This document shows, piece after piece, positions 53,977 through 63,963 of a DNA stretch of 64,000 nt (the first letter of the stretch is position 1; each line of letters opens with the position of its first letter). Position numbers and translations under genes: made by a program. The notes beneath the pieces are model-generated. The model saw only the letters and a program-made list of their open reading frames with translations, searched no databases and was not told the DNA's origin. Source of the DNA: an uncultured Collinsella sp. (GTDB taxonomy: Bacteria > Actinomycetota > Coriobacteriia > Coriobacteriales > Coriobacteriaceae); contig CABRIB010000001.1 of the NCBI GenBank assembly GCA_902470915.1, positions 551-64,550 on the forward strand, in the 5' to 3' direction.

Positions 53977-55323
53977 CTATGCCACCAACTTGTCAAAAGC
54001 CCCGCGCCGGTTGAGCACGGTAAACGCGACAACACAGATGACTGCCGACAAAATCGATCCACACGGCGAGGCGATGCCCATGGGAAACAGCGTGTTGGAA
54101 TAGGCGTTCGACAGCAGCCAGGCGCCGGGCACGCGAATGAGCGCCACGGCCAGCACGTTGTGCGCAAAGCCGATGTAGCTCTTGCCATACGCAGCGAAAA
54201 AGCCACTAAAGCAAATGTGGATGCCGGCAAAGATCGCATCGAAAATATAGCTGCGCATATAGCCGGCGCCGGCCGCGACCACCGCGACGTCCTTGGCAAA
54301 AAAGCCGATAAACGCCGGTGCCACCAGCCACATCAGCACCGTGATCAGGCAACCGTATACTACCGAGATGGTCATGGCATCCTTGAGTACCTGACGCGCG
54401 CGGTCGCCCTTGCCCGCGCCGGCGTTTTGCGCCGTGAGCGCGCTGACGGTAGCGCCCATGGAACTCGGCACAATGAACAAAAAGCTGATTATCTTTTCGA
54501 CCAGGCCCACGGCGGCGGCGTCGACCAGACCGCGGTGGTTGGCGATGACGGTGATGAACATAAACGCCACCTGGATGCAGCCGTCCTGCACGGCCACAGG
54601 CGCGCCGATCTTAAGAATGCTGCCGAGTACCTCGGGCTGAGGGCGCAGGTCGCTGCGCTTAACGTGGATGTTCGTGCGGCGGCTCTTGAGCCACACGAGC
54701 GCGAGGGCAACGCTGGCCGTCTGGGCGGTTACCGTGCCGAGCGCCGCGCCCACGGGGCCGAGCCCCATGTGCCCGATAAATAGAAAATCGAGCGCGATGT
54801 TGATGATGCATGCCACGCCAATCACGTACATGGGCGAGCGCGAATCGCCCAGCCCGCGAAAGATGGCCGAAAGAATGTTGTACGCGGCGATAAACGGAAT
54901 GCCGACAAAGCAGATGCGCAGGTAGGCGGCGGTGCCTTCGACCGCCTCGGCCGGCGTGCCAATGAGCGCCACAATCTGCGGGCACAGCGCGAGCAAGATG
55001 GCTGCCAGTACCACCGAGACACCCATAAAGAGCGTAATGGTGTTGCCGATGGCGGTCTCGGCGCGATCGAAGCGGCGCGAGCCCACGGCGTGGCCGACGA
55101 TAACCGTCGTTCCCATGGCCAGGCCCACGAGCGTCACGGTAATGATATAGAGCGTCTGCGCGCCATTGCCCACGGCGGTGATGCCGGCGGCGCCGCTAAA
55201 CTGCCCCATCATGTACAGGTCGGCCATGCCGTAGAGCATCTGCAAAAAGTACGAGAGCATATAGGGCAGGGCAAAGACCGCGATGGTCTTAAGGACATTG
55301 CCGCGTGTGAGGTCGTGTTCCAT
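53977..55323 (-). CDS. MATE-family efflux transporter
   Basis: 448 aa, 12 TM segments, MATE N-terminus LPYMLSYFLQMLYGMADLYMMGQ. Confidence 0.9.
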   Translation of the reverse strand: MEHDLTRGNVLKTIAVFALPYMLSYFLQMLYGMADLYMMGQFSGAAGITAVGNGAQTLYIITVTLVGLAMGTTVIVGHAVGSRRFDRAETAIGNTITLFMGVSVVLAAILLALCPQIVALIGTPAEAVEGTAAYLRICFVGIPFIAAYNILSAIFRGLGDSRSPMYVIGVACIINIALDFLFIGHMGLGPVGAALGTVTAQTASVALALVWLKSRRTNIHVKRSDLRPQPEVLGSILKIGAPVAVQDGCIQVAFMFITVIANHRGLVDAAAVGLVEKIISFLFIVPSSMGATVSALTAQNAGAGKGDRARQVLKDAMTISVVYGCLITVLMWLVAPAFIGFFAKDVAVVAAGAGYMRSYIFDAIFAGIHICFSGFFAAYGKSYIGFAHNVLAVALIRVPGAWLLSNAYSNTLFPMGIASPCGSILSAVICVVAFTVLNRRGAFDKLVA

Positions 55324-55582
55324 GGGCGGGGCTTTCTGGCTGGGTTCGTTTTGCTACCAGTGTAGTGAAAACCCTACAACGATTGTAGAGTCAAGGTTTA
55401 TGTTGGCGGCGGGGCGAAAAAGTCGCGGTCGCATTCATTTCCAATTGAATACAGAGATGTACCTTGCAAGCTTAGCGCCTGCACTAGCCTTGCAGAAATC
55501 GATTTCGGAGCACTTGACACCGCCACACGGCGCGCCATAATACGTGCGTTTGCGAACAACGTTTGATGGGGGATGAACCTGC

Positions 55583-57412
55583 GTGCGCAATCTCAAGATT
55601 CTGTTTTCCTATCTGGGGGCATACCGCCGCGATGCCATGCTCGGCGTGCTCTTTGTGACGGCCGAGACGGCGCTCGAGCTGTTTATCCCGGTCATCATGG
55701 CAAATATCATCGATGTGGGCGTGCCCGCGGGCGATATCAACTACATGCTGTTGCAGGGCACGTATATGTTGGTATGCGCCGCATTTTCGCTGGTACTTGG
55801 CTTGGGCTATGCACGCACGTCTGCTCGCGTCGCCTCGGGGCTGGGCGCTAACTTGCGCGAGGCCGAGTATCGCAAGATCCAGACGCTCGCTTTTGGCAAT
55901 CTCGATGAATACGAGACGAGCTCGCTTGTCACTCGCATGACCACCGACATCACCGTGATTCAAAACGCCGTAGGCAACGGCTTCCGCCCCATGGTGCGCG
56001 GGCCGGTAAATCTGGTCATGGGCCTCGTCTACGCCTTTGCGCTCTCGCGCGAGCTCGCGGCGGTCTTTGCCGTCATTCTGCCGATGCTCGCCATCGTGCT
56101 CGGTATCATTACCGTGCGTGTGAGCCCGCTCTACTGCCAGCTCCAGACCTCGATGGACCACCTCAACGGCGTGGTGCAAGAGGACCTTACCGCCGTGCGC
56201 GCCGTGAAGGCTTACGTGCGCGCCGAGCACGAATGCGACAAGTTCGACACCGTCAATACCGAGCTCGCCGGCACCGCGACGAAGACCTTTGGCAACGCCG
56301 TGCTCAACCTGCCGGTGTTCCAACTCTCGATGTACGTGGCTGCGCTCTCGATTCTGTGGATTGGCGGCCGCATGATCATCGAAGGTCGCTTGGGCGTGGG
56401 CTCGCTCACGGGCTTTATGAGCTACGTGCTGCTGATCATGAACTCGCTCATGATGATTTCCAACGTGTTTTTGCTGCTCACACGCGCACTTGCCAGCGTG
56501 GAGCGCATCTCGCGGGTGCTCGACGAACGTTCGCTTATCCAAGCGCCCGACGCTGCCGCTGCCGTGCACGGGGTGGCCGACGGAAGCATCGAGTTTCGCG
56601 ACGTGTCGTTTAAGTACCGCGCGGATGCTGCCGAGGATGTGCTCGAGCATATTGACCTTTGCATTGAGGCAGGCTCCACGGTGGGCGTGCTCGGCGGCAC
56701 GGGCTCGGGCAAGAGTTCGCTTGTGCAGCTGATCGCGCGCCTGTACGACGCCACCGAAGGCGCCGTACTCGTGGGCGGGCGCGATGTGCGCGATTACGAC
56801 CTGGTTGCCCTGCGCGACGCCGTGGGTATCGTGCTGCAAAAGAACGTGCTGTTTACGGGTACCGTGCGCGAGAACCTGCAGTGGGGCGCGCCCGATGCCA
56901 CCGACGAGGAGCTGCTGCGCGCCTGTCGAGCGGCATGTGTGGACGAGTTCCTGGATCGCATCGGCGGACTCGACGGCTATCTGGGCCAGGGCGGTGCCGG
57001 TGTCTCGGGCGGGCAGAAGCAGCGCCTGTGCATCGCGCGTACATTGCTCAAACATCCGCGTGTGCTCATCTTTGACGATTCGACCAGCGCGGTCGATATG
57101 GCGACCGACGCCAAGATTCGTGAGCATATTGCTCAGATTCCCAATACGACGGTGATTGTCATCGCACAGCGCATTGCGAGCGTCATGGATGCCGACCGCA
57201 TTATTGTGTTGGACGACGGTCGTGTCCACGGCGTGGGCACGCACGAGGAACTGCTGGCGGGCGATAGCATCTACCAGGAGATTTACGCCTCGCAGATGGA
57301 GTTCGCGGGGAACGCGGACACCGGCGACGGCTGCGACGATGGCTGCGCGAATGATCCGTTTTCCTGCGTTCCCAGCGGATCGCCCTTGGAAGGGGGTGAG
57401 CGCCATGCCTAA
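55583..57412 (+). CDS. ABC exporter, fused permease/ATPase (heterodimer subunit 1)
   Basis: 6-TM domain plus an NBD: Walker A GGTGSGKSS, signature VSGGQKQR, Walker B LIFDDSTSAVD. Confidence 0.9.
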   Translation: MRNLKILFSYLGAYRRDAMLGVLFVTAETALELFIPVIMANIIDVGVPAGDINYMLLQGTYMLVCAAFSLVLGLGYARTSARVASGLGANLREAEYRKIQTLAFGNLDEYETSSLVTRMTTDITVIQNAVGNGFRPMVRGPVNLVMGLVYAFALSRELAAVFAVILPMLAIVLGIITVRVSPLYCQLQTSMDHLNGVVQEDLTAVRAVKAYVRAEHECDKFDTVNTELAGTATKTFGNAVLNLPVFQLSMYVAALSILWIGGRMIIEGRLGVGSLTGFMSYVLLIMNSLMMISNVFLLLTRALASVERISRVLDERSLIQAPDAAAAVHGVADGSIEFRDVSFKYRADAAEDVLEHIDLCIEAGSTVGVLGGTGSGKSSLVQLIARLYDATEGAVLVGGRDVRDYDLVALRDAVGIVLQKNVLFTGTVRENLQWGAPDATDEELLRACRAACVDEFLDRIGGLDGYLGQGGAGVSGGQKQRLCIARTLLKHPRVLIFDDSTSAVDMATDAKIREHIAQIPNTTVIVIAQRIASVMDADRIIVLDDGRVHGVGTHEELLAGDSIYQEIYASQMEFAGNADTGDGCDDGCANDPFSCVPSGSPLEGGERHA

Positions 57413-59303
57413 GACATCCGCTCAGGCCCGTCCCGCCAATCTGACGCAGACGCTCCGCCGCCTGCTCTCCTACATGGGACACGCCAAGTTTTCGCTGCTC
57501 GCGGTGGGTGTGCTTGCCTCTGTGGCCGCCATCGCGAGCCTTGCCGGTACCTACATGGTGCGCCCCATCGTCAACGGTTTGGCAACGGGCGGCGAGGAAC
57601 TGCTCGCTAGGCAGGTTATCTTTACCGCTGCCATCTACGCCGCGGGCGTGCTCTCGGCTCTGGGCTACTCACAGATTATGGTGCGCGCGGCCCAGCGCGT
57701 GGTTTCCGATATCCGCCGCGACCTGTTTGCGCACATCCAGATGCTGCCGCTGAGCTACTTCGACAGCACGCGCTCGGGTGACATCATGAGCTTCTTTACC
57801 AACGACGTCGACACCGTCTCCGAGGCGCTCAACAACAGCTTTGCCAACGTGATTCAGGCGAGCATCCAGGTGGTCGGCACCACGGTCATGCTCATCATCC
57901 TTAACTGGCAGCTCACGATTATCACGCTCGTGTGCGATGCGGCCATTGTGCTGTATGCGCGCTACTCGGGCGCGCGCTCTAAGCGCTTCTTTGCCGCTCA
58001 GCAGGCATCGCTTGGCGACCTGGACGGATACGTCGAGGAGATGGTCTCGGGCCAAAAGGTCATCAAGGTCTTTAATCACGAACAGGCCAACGTGGCTGGT
58101 TTTGACGCGCGCAACCAAGAGCTGCGCCGCACCGGTGGTGCCGCGCAGGCCTACGCCAACTCGATGGTGCCCATGACCGTGGTGATCGGCTATGCCAACT
58201 ACGCCATCGTTGCGGTGGCAGGCGGCATGCTCTGCATCAACGGTCTGGCCGATGTAGGTGCGCTCGCAAGCTACCTGGTCTTTGTGCGTCAGGCCGCCAT
58301 GCCCATCAACCAGTTCACGCAGCTGGGCAACTTTTTGCTCAACGCGCTGGCCGGTGCCGAGCGCCTGTTTGCCGCCATGGATCTTGAGCCCGAGGTGGAC
58401 GAGGGCTGCGTGGAGCTGGTGCAGACGGGCGACGCCGCGTGGGCATGGAAGATTCCCGAGGGCCAGGGCGTGGGCGCGTACGGGCACCTGCATGATGTGG
58501 CTGCCGTTGATGAGTCGGGCCGTGCGGTGGCTGCCGACGGCACCGAGCTCACGTGCGGCTTGGTCCCGCTCGCCGGCGACGTGCGCTTCCATGCCGTGGA
58601 CTTTTCCTACGTGCCGGGCACCCGTGTGCTCACGGATCTCAACCTGTTTGCCAAACCGGGGCAAAAGATCGCGTTTGTGGGCTCGACGGGCGCCGGAAAG
58701 ACGACCATCACCAACCTCATCAACCGTTTCTACGAGGTCGATGACGGCGAGATCACGTACGACGGCATCGACGTCAAGCACATTGCCAAGGCCAGCCTGC
58801 GCGGGTCGCTCGGCATTGTGCTGCAGGACACGCACCTGTTTAGCGGCACCATTGCGCAGAACATCCGCTTTGGCAAGCTCGACGCGACCGACGAGGAGGT
58901 GCGCGCCGCCGCCGAGGCCGCCTGCGCCGATTCGTTTATCCGCCGCCTGCCTAGAGGCTACGACACACCGGTCACGGCCGACGGCGCCAACCTGTCGCAG
59001 GGCCAGCGCCAGCTGCTCGCCATCGCGCGCGTTGCCGTGGCCGACCCGCCGGTGCTCATCTTGGACGAGGCCACGAGCTCCATCGACACGCGTACCGAAA
59101 AGCTCATCGAGCGCGGTATGGACCGCATCATGCGCGGACGCACCACGTTTATGATCGCGCACCGCCTGTCCACCGTCCGCGACGCCGATGCCATCATGGT
59201 CCTCGAACACGGCCGCATCATCGAGCGCGGCACGCACGAAGAGCTGCTCGCCCAGCACGGCGAGTACTGGCAACTGGCGCATGGCTTAAAAGAGTTGGAT
59301 TAA
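57405..59303 (+). CDS. ABC exporter, fused permease/ATPase (heterodimer subunit 2)
   Basis: Walker A GSTGAGKTT, signature LSQGQRQL, Walker B LILDEATSSID. ATG 57405 overlaps the upstream stop by 8 nt. Confidence 0.9.
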   Translation: MPKTSAQARPANLTQTLRRLLSYMGHAKFSLLAVGVLASVAAIASLAGTYMVRPIVNGLATGGEELLARQVIFTAAIYAAGVLSALGYSQIMVRAAQRVVSDIRRDLFAHIQMLPLSYFDSTRSGDIMSFFTNDVDTVSEALNNSFANVIQASIQVVGTTVMLIILNWQLTIITLVCDAAIVLYARYSGARSKRFFAAQQASLGDLDGYVEEMVSGQKVIKVFNHEQANVAGFDARNQELRRTGGAAQAYANSMVPMTVVIGYANYAIVAVAGGMLCINGLADVGALASYLVFVRQAAMPINQFTQLGNFLLNALAGAERLFAAMDLEPEVDEGCVELVQTGDAAWAWKIPEGQGVGAYGHLHDVAAVDESGRAVAADGTELTCGLVPLAGDVRFHAVDFSYVPGTRVLTDLNLFAKPGQKIAFVGSTGAGKTTITNLINRFYEVDDGEITYDGIDVKHIAKASLRGSLGIVLQDTHLFSGTIAQNIRFGKLDATDEEVRAAAEAACADSFIRRLPRGYDTPVTADGANLSQGQRQLLAIARVAVADPPVLILDEATSSIDTRTEKLIERGMDRIMRGRTTFMIAHRLSTVRDADAIMVLEHGRIIERGTHEELLAQHGEYWQLAHGLKELD

Positions 59304-59352
59304 CCTGTTCGAGCACGATGCTTTGACCCCTCCGTGCCCCTCGCCTTGTCTC

Positions 59353-59417
59353 AAACCATCACAACATTCGACGTTTTTTGCCAAAATCGGAAAAAGCATC
59401 GAATGTTGTGATGGTTT
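59353..59417. repeat. 65-bp hairpin repeat, left copy
   Basis: AAACCATCACAACATTCGA-cgttttttgccaaaatcggaaaaagca-TCGAATGTTGTGATGGTTT, with a 17-19 bp perfect stem. Confidence 0.9.
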
Positions 59418-59518
59418 TTCTGCCACTCGATCGGGCGGAATCGCTTTCTAGCGCACGAAGGTGTGCGGACCCGGGGGCAGGGGAATAAGGTTGGTTATCC
59501 GACTCCATTGGAGGGCTC

Positions 59519-60556
59519 ATGGACCTGCCGATCGTCCTGTCCCATAAGACTGCCTGGCTGTACCACAACGTGGCGCGCCCGTCCGAGCCGCTCTCGCGAG
59601 CAAGCAGCCTATACGATGAGGACTCGCTTGCTAACGAGGCGGAGCCGACTGCGGACCTGCCCAAATTGGGGTTCGATGCCAAGGGGCTGAGGGCTTCAAC
59701 GGCAGTTGGGATCGTTACCGACTATCTGGCTTCGCTTGGTATTCCACGAGAAGAGCTCGATCATATCGACACGCTCGTCAACTTTGATTTTGAGCGCTCG
59801 ACGCCGGCTGGATTTAGGTGCCACGTGTTTGGGGCGCCGGTACCTCCAGGCCATCTTATCGAGGTGGCAGAGGGCCTTCTAGTGGTTGATGAGGCCATGT
59901 GCTTTGTCCAAGCGGGTTCGTGGATGAGTGAGCCCGAGCAGCTGGAATATGGGTATGAAATCTGCGCCCGATACCATTTGAATCATCTGTCGACAGGCGA
60001 TTATATCGAGATGGGGCAGAGATATACCGTTGCCGACTTGATTGCCTATTGCAATGAGAACCGATCTCGTCAGGGGGCTATACGCGCGGCCGCCGTGCTC
60101 AAGCGCGTGCACGATGGCGCGCGGTCGCCCATGGAGACGGCCACCGCAATCATGGTCGTAGCAAAACGTTCCCAGGGAGGGCTGGGATACGCCAAGATCG
60201 AGCTCAACCATCGGGTCGATGTTCCCAACGAGTTCAAGTATCTCGCAAAGGCCGGGTATTTCGAGATTGACGTATATGCGCCTGCGAGCGGTACGGGGAT
60301 TGAATACAACGGCTCGGACCATCTTGATAAACAGCGCAGCGCGTCGGATGCGGAGCGTATGACCGTGCTGAGCGCGCTGGGCTTTAGGATGATCGTCCTC
60401 ACCGGGACTCAGTTTGCCCACCAGCTGCAATTGCACCGGGCGATGAACGCCATCGCGCTCGCTATGGGCCTTAAGTGCGACCGAAGCGAAGCGTTCCAGA
60501 AACGTCAAAACGACCTGCGAGAATTCGTGATTCGACACTGGGACGGCGGTCTTTAG
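59519..60556 (+). CDS. Hypothetical protein with a C-terminal Vsr/DUF559-like PD-(D/E)xK nuclease-fold region
   Basis: ARSPMETATAIMVV...YFEIDVYAPASGTGIEYNGSDH...DAERMTVLSALGFRMIVLT resembles the E...D...EY(N/D)G pattern of DUF559-type endonuclease domains. GGAGGG RBS. Confidence 0.6.
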   Translation: MDLPIVLSHKTAWLYHNVARPSEPLSRASSLYDEDSLANEAEPTADLPKLGFDAKGLRASTAVGIVTDYLASLGIPREELDHIDTLVNFDFERSTPAGFRCHVFGAPVPPGHLIEVAEGLLVVDEAMCFVQAGSWMSEPEQLEYGYEICARYHLNHLSTGDYIEMGQRYTVADLIAYCNENRSRQGAIRAAAVLKRVHDGARSPMETATAIMVVAKRSQGGLGYAKIELNHRVDVPNEFKYLAKAGYFEIDVYAPASGTGIEYNGSDHLDKQRSASDAERMTVLSALGFRMIVLTGTQFAHQLQLHRAMNAIALAMGLKCDRSEAFQKRQNDLREFVIRHWDGGL

Positions 60557-60596
60557 GGGCGCTTTGGTCCTTCTACGGGGTGCCGTGGGCAGGTAG

Positions 60597-60659
60597 ACCA
60601 TCACAACATTCGACGTTTTTCGCCAAAATCGGGAAAAGCATCGAATGTTGTGATGGTTT
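60597..60659. repeat. 65-bp hairpin repeat, right copy
   Basis: GACCATCACAACATTCGA-cgtttttcgccaaaatcgggaaaagca-TCGAATGTTGTGATGGTTT. The differences from the left copy are confined to the loop and the first bases. Confidence 0.9.
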
Positions 60660-60791
60660 GTATGCTGAGGATGGGCTTGGAAAACCGTTCTTGCTCGAAG
60701 TGACCTGTCCTGTCGTACGGGTGTCGGCTTGATTCTCGCGTGGGGTATTATGTTTTCCGAAGAATAAAACGCCGCGTGAGGGGAGGGCTGC

Positions 60792-61847
60792 GTGGACGGG
60801 CACGTGCAACATGACGGTTTTGGCCGCGATATCAACTACCTGCGCATTGCCGTTACCGACAAGTGCAATTTCCGCTGCATTTACTGCATGCCGGCCGATG
60901 GCGTGGCGCCCCGCGCGCATGACGAGCTGCTCAGTGCCGAGGAAATCGCCCGCTTTGTGCGCTTGGTGGCGGGGGAGGGCATTCGTCGCGTACGCCTGAC
61001 GGGTGGCGAGCCGCTGGTCAGCCGGCGTATCATCCCGCTCATCCGCGACATTCGCGCGATTCCGCAGATCGAGGACATCTCGCTTACCACCAACGGCGCC
61101 CTGCTGCCCAAGCTGGCGCCGCAGCTCAAAGATGCCGGGCTTAACCGCGTCAACATCTCGCTCGACACGCTCGACCCTACGCTCTTTGGAAAGATCACGC
61201 GCCTGGGTCGGCTCGAACAGACCATGGCCGGCATCGACGCGGCGCTGGCTTGGGGCTTTGAACCCGTTAAGGTCAACTGCGTTGTGGTGCGCCGGCTTAA
61301 CCAGGATGTGGCGGCCCTTGCACGACTGACCGTCGACCGCCCCATCCACCTGCGCTTTATCGAATACATGCCCATCGGCGACGAGCGCACGAGCTCGCAT
61401 TGCGCTGTGGACCCGCATGCGCCCGCGCTCAATCCCGAGTTGTGGGACGCGAGCGACACCGTGCCGAGTGACGAGCTGCGGGCGCGCATCAATGCCGGGG
61501 CCGCCGCGACGGGACTGGGCGAGCTCGAGCCGCTCGATATCAACGACGCTCCTGCCGGCGCTGGCCCTGCGCGCTATTGGCACTTTCCGGGAGCGGCGGG
61601 AACGGTCGGCTTCATTAGCGCCATGTCCAACCATTTTTGTGCGAATTGCAACCGTCTGCGCCTGACGGCCGATGGCAACGTGCGTCCGTGCCTGTTCAGC
61701 GATGCCGAGTATTCGGTGCGTGAGGCGCTGCGCCGTGGTGATGATATGCAGGTACTTTCGATTTGGCGCGATGCCGTGGCCCACAAACCGCAGGAACACG
61801 CGATAATTGAGGGCACGCAACGATTTATGTCCCAAATCGGAGGATGA
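60792..61847 (+). CDS. moaA: GTP 3',8-cyclase (molybdenum cofactor biosynthesis protein A)
   Basis: Radical-SAM CNFRCIYCMP, a C-terminal Cys cluster FCANCNRLRLTADGNVRPCLF. GTG 60792 follows GAGGGGAGGG. Confidence 0.9.
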   Translation: MDGHVQHDGFGRDINYLRIAVTDKCNFRCIYCMPADGVAPRAHDELLSAEEIARFVRLVAGEGIRRVRLTGGEPLVSRRIIPLIRDIRAIPQIEDISLTTNGALLPKLAPQLKDAGLNRVNISLDTLDPTLFGKITRLGRLEQTMAGIDAALAWGFEPVKVNCVVVRRLNQDVAALARLTVDRPIHLRFIEYMPIGDERTSSHCAVDPHAPALNPELWDASDTVPSDELRARINAGAAATGLGELEPLDINDAPAGAGPARYWHFPGAAGTVGFISAMSNHFCANCNRLRLTADGNVRPCLFSDAEYSVREALRRGDDMQVLSIWRDAVAHKPQEHAIIEGTQRFMSQIGG

Positions 61848-61851
61848 TCAT

Positions 61852-63150
61852 ATGGCCAAGAGCAGGTACGCCGATGCCACCAAGGCCGCTCGCAGGGCCG
61901 CGATGTCTGCCCACAAAGCCACGGCTGCGGCCGGCGATGCCGACGCGTCCGTGCAGCCGTCTGCCAGCGCTGCCACCGAACCCGCCCGCGACGCCCGTCG
62001 CGACGAGCTGACGCACGTGGACGCCAAGGGCGAGGTGCGCATGGTCGACGTGTCCGACAAGGCCGAGACCCATCGCATTGCAATCGCCGAGGGCACCATC
62101 CTCATGCATCCCGAGACGCAGGCCATGGTCCTGCAGGACCGCGCCAAAAAGGGCGACGTGCTTGCCTGCGCGCGCGTGGCGGGCATTATGGCCATCAAGC
62201 GCACGAGCGACATCATCCCCATGTGTCACCCGTTGCTCATTACCAAGAGCAAGTGCGACATTGCGCCCATCGCCCCGGCGGGGATGCCGGCCGATGACGT
62301 GCCCGAGGGCTGGGCGCCGGCGCGCGCAGACGGGCAGGTTGGCTTTCACGTACTGGTTACGGCCGGCGTGACGGGCAAGACGGGTATCGAGATGGAGGCT
62401 CTGACCGGCGCGAGTGCCGCGTGTCTGACCATCTACGACATGTGCAAGGCAGTCGATCGCGGCATGGAGATCGTCGACGTGCGCCTGCTGCACAAGGAGG
62501 GCGGCCGCTCGGGTGTGTGGGATCGCGCCGAACGTCAGACTGCTGCTGTTGAGGCCGTGGGAGCCGCGGGCAACGCACCCGCAAGCGCACCTGCCGCCAT
62601 CGCGCCCGCAGCTCCCACTCCGGCTGTTCCCGCGATCGCGTTTATCGGCTACCAGAACTCGGGCAAGACCACGCTCGTCGAGAAGGTTATCGCCGAGCTC
62701 ACCCGCCGCGGCCTGCGCGTGGGTTCGCTCAAGCATCATGGGCATCACGGCTTTGATATCGATGTACCCGCTAAGGACACCTGGCGCCATCACCAAGCCG
62801 GATCCAAGCACGTGGGTCTCATCTGCGCCACGCGCTGGGCGGAGTACGCCGACACGCGCGAGGAGGACGAGATGCCCGCGCGCGAGCTGCTCTCGCGCTA
62901 CAACGATGTCGACGTGGTGATCATCGAGGGCTACAAGACTGAGGGCTTCGACAACATTGTCGTCGCGCGCTCCGGTGTCGACCGTCTGCGCGGCAAGAGC
63001 TCGCTCGACCTGGTCGACGGTCACACGCTGGCGCTCGCCTGCAACGAGGCTCTGGCACGCCAGGCCTTCGATGCCGGCTTTGCGACCCGAGCCATCAACA
63101 TCAACGACGCCCGAGCCATCTGCGATCTGATTCAGGACCACCTGGCCTAA
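61852..63150 (+). CDS. moaC: Fusion of cyclic pyranopterin monophosphate synthase (MoaC) and the MobB-like GTP-binding domain
   Basis: An Ala-rich N-terminal extension of ~60 aa is followed by the MoaC core (LTHVDAKGEVRMVDVSDK..., IIPMCHPL, GVTGKTGIEMEALT). An Ala/Pro linker then leads to MobB (FIGYQNSGKTTLVEKV, GSLKHHGH). Confidence 0.85.
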   Translation: MAKSRYADATKAARRAAMSAHKATAAAGDADASVQPSASAATEPARDARRDELTHVDAKGEVRMVDVSDKAETHRIAIAEGTILMHPETQAMVLQDRAKKGDVLACARVAGIMAIKRTSDIIPMCHPLLITKSKCDIAPIAPAGMPADDVPEGWAPARADGQVGFHVLVTAGVTGKTGIEMEALTGASAACLTIYDMCKAVDRGMEIVDVRLLHKEGGRSGVWDRAERQTAAVEAVGAAGNAPASAPAAIAPAAPTPAVPAIAFIGYQNSGKTTLVEKVIAELTRRGLRVGSLKHHGHHGFDIDVPAKDTWRHHQAGSKHVGLICATRWAEYADTREEDEMPARELLSRYNDVDVVIIEGYKTEGFDNIVVARSGVDRLRGKSSLDLVDGHTLALACNEALARQAFDAGFATRAININDARAICDLIQDHLA

Positions 63151-63189
63151 AACCTGCCAAAAAGGGACAGGTTTGTTTTGGCAGGTTTT
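63149..63189 (+). terminator. Terminator hairpin after moaC-mobB
   Basis: AAAACCTGCCAAAA-AGGGACAGGTTTG-TTTTGGCAGGTTTT, with a 14-bp perfect stem. Confidence 0.7.
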
Positions 63190-63208
63190 ATCTGGGCAAA
63201 CGCTATTT

Positions 63209-63241
63209 CCACCACAAAGGGGCCAGGCACCTTTGTGGTGG
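63209..63241. repeat. CCACCACAAAGGGGCCAGGCACCTTTGTGGTGG hairpin, family copy 2
   Basis: A single difference from 48877-48909, and the flanks ATTT...TTTTGA are also shared. Confidence 0.85.
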
Positions 63242-63321
63242 TTTTGATCAAAGAGCCTTTGACTTAAACCTACCTCGAGGTGTAATAATCGCTGACAAAC
63301 GATTGCGATTACGGAGGTCTC

Positions 63322-63906
63322 ATGCCAAAACTGTACTTTATGCGTCACGGTCAAACGCTCTTTAACTTGCTTCGTCGCAAGCAGGGCTGGTGCGATTCGC
63401 CGCTTACCGAGCTGGGGATCGAGCAGGCTAAAACTGTCGGCGCGACCCTGAGAGGGCGTGGCCTTACGTTTGACCATGCGTACAGTTCCACGTCCGAGCG
63501 TGCGTGCGACACGCTTGAGCTTGCGTTTCCCGGTCAGCCTTACGAGCGCGTCAAGGGCCTTAAGGAGTGGAACTTTGGCAAGTTTGAGGGTGCGAGCGAG
63601 GATTTGAATCCGCGCCTGCCGTACGGCGATTTTTACAAGCAGTATGACGGCGAGGGCGAAGACGAGTTTCGCGAACGCATGATGGCGACCATCACCGAGC
63701 TCATGCAGCGCCCTGGGCATGAGAGCGTGTTGTGTGTGAGCCATGGCGCCGCGGCGGCTCAGGTCATGCGCGGCGTGGGCGTGGAGCCGCTCAAGATGAA
63801 GAACCGCATCGGCAACTGCTGCGTGCTCGAGCTTGACTTTAATCCCGCCACCAGCACATTTGCTCTCGCAGATTTGTACAACCCCTACGGCACCCCGCGC
63901 GAGTAG
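63322..63906 (+). CDS. Histidine phosphatase (phosphoglycerate mutase superfamily)
   Basis: RHG motif (FMRHGQTLFN), and SHGAAA supplies the second His. GGAGG RBS. Confidence 0.85.
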   Translation: MPKLYFMRHGQTLFNLLRRKQGWCDSPLTELGIEQAKTVGATLRGRGLTFDHAYSSTSERACDTLELAFPGQPYERVKGLKEWNFGKFEGASEDLNPRLPYGDFYKQYDGEGEDEFRERMMATITELMQRPGHESVLCVSHGAAAAQVMRGVGVEPLKMKNRIGNCCVLELDFNPATSTFALADLYNPYGTPRE

Positions 63907-63927
63907 CATCGGGGCATCAGCCAAAAA

Positions 63928-63960
63928 CCACCACAAAGGGGCCAGGTGTCTTTGTGGCGG
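63928..63960 (+). terminator. Hairpin family copy 3 (variant), terminator of the phosphatase gene
   Basis: CCACCACAAAGGGGCCAGGTGTCTTTGTGGCGG followed by TTTC. Confidence 0.6.
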
Positions 63961-63963
63961 TTT

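Larger units (their letters stand above)
59353..60659 (+). mobile_element. Possible gene cassette: nuclease-like ORF bracketed by two direct copies of a 65-bp hairpin
   Basis: The two near-identical hairpin repeats are in the same orientation, 102 bp before and 41 bp after the ORF. No recombinase gene is present. Confidence 0.3.

Noticed and set aside
60660-60791. Possible Moco riboswitch upstream of moaA.
   Set aside because: The location is right, but I could not recognise the conserved Moco-motif helices or sequence blocks by eye. It needs cmscan against Rfam (Moco_RNA_motif) before any claim is made.
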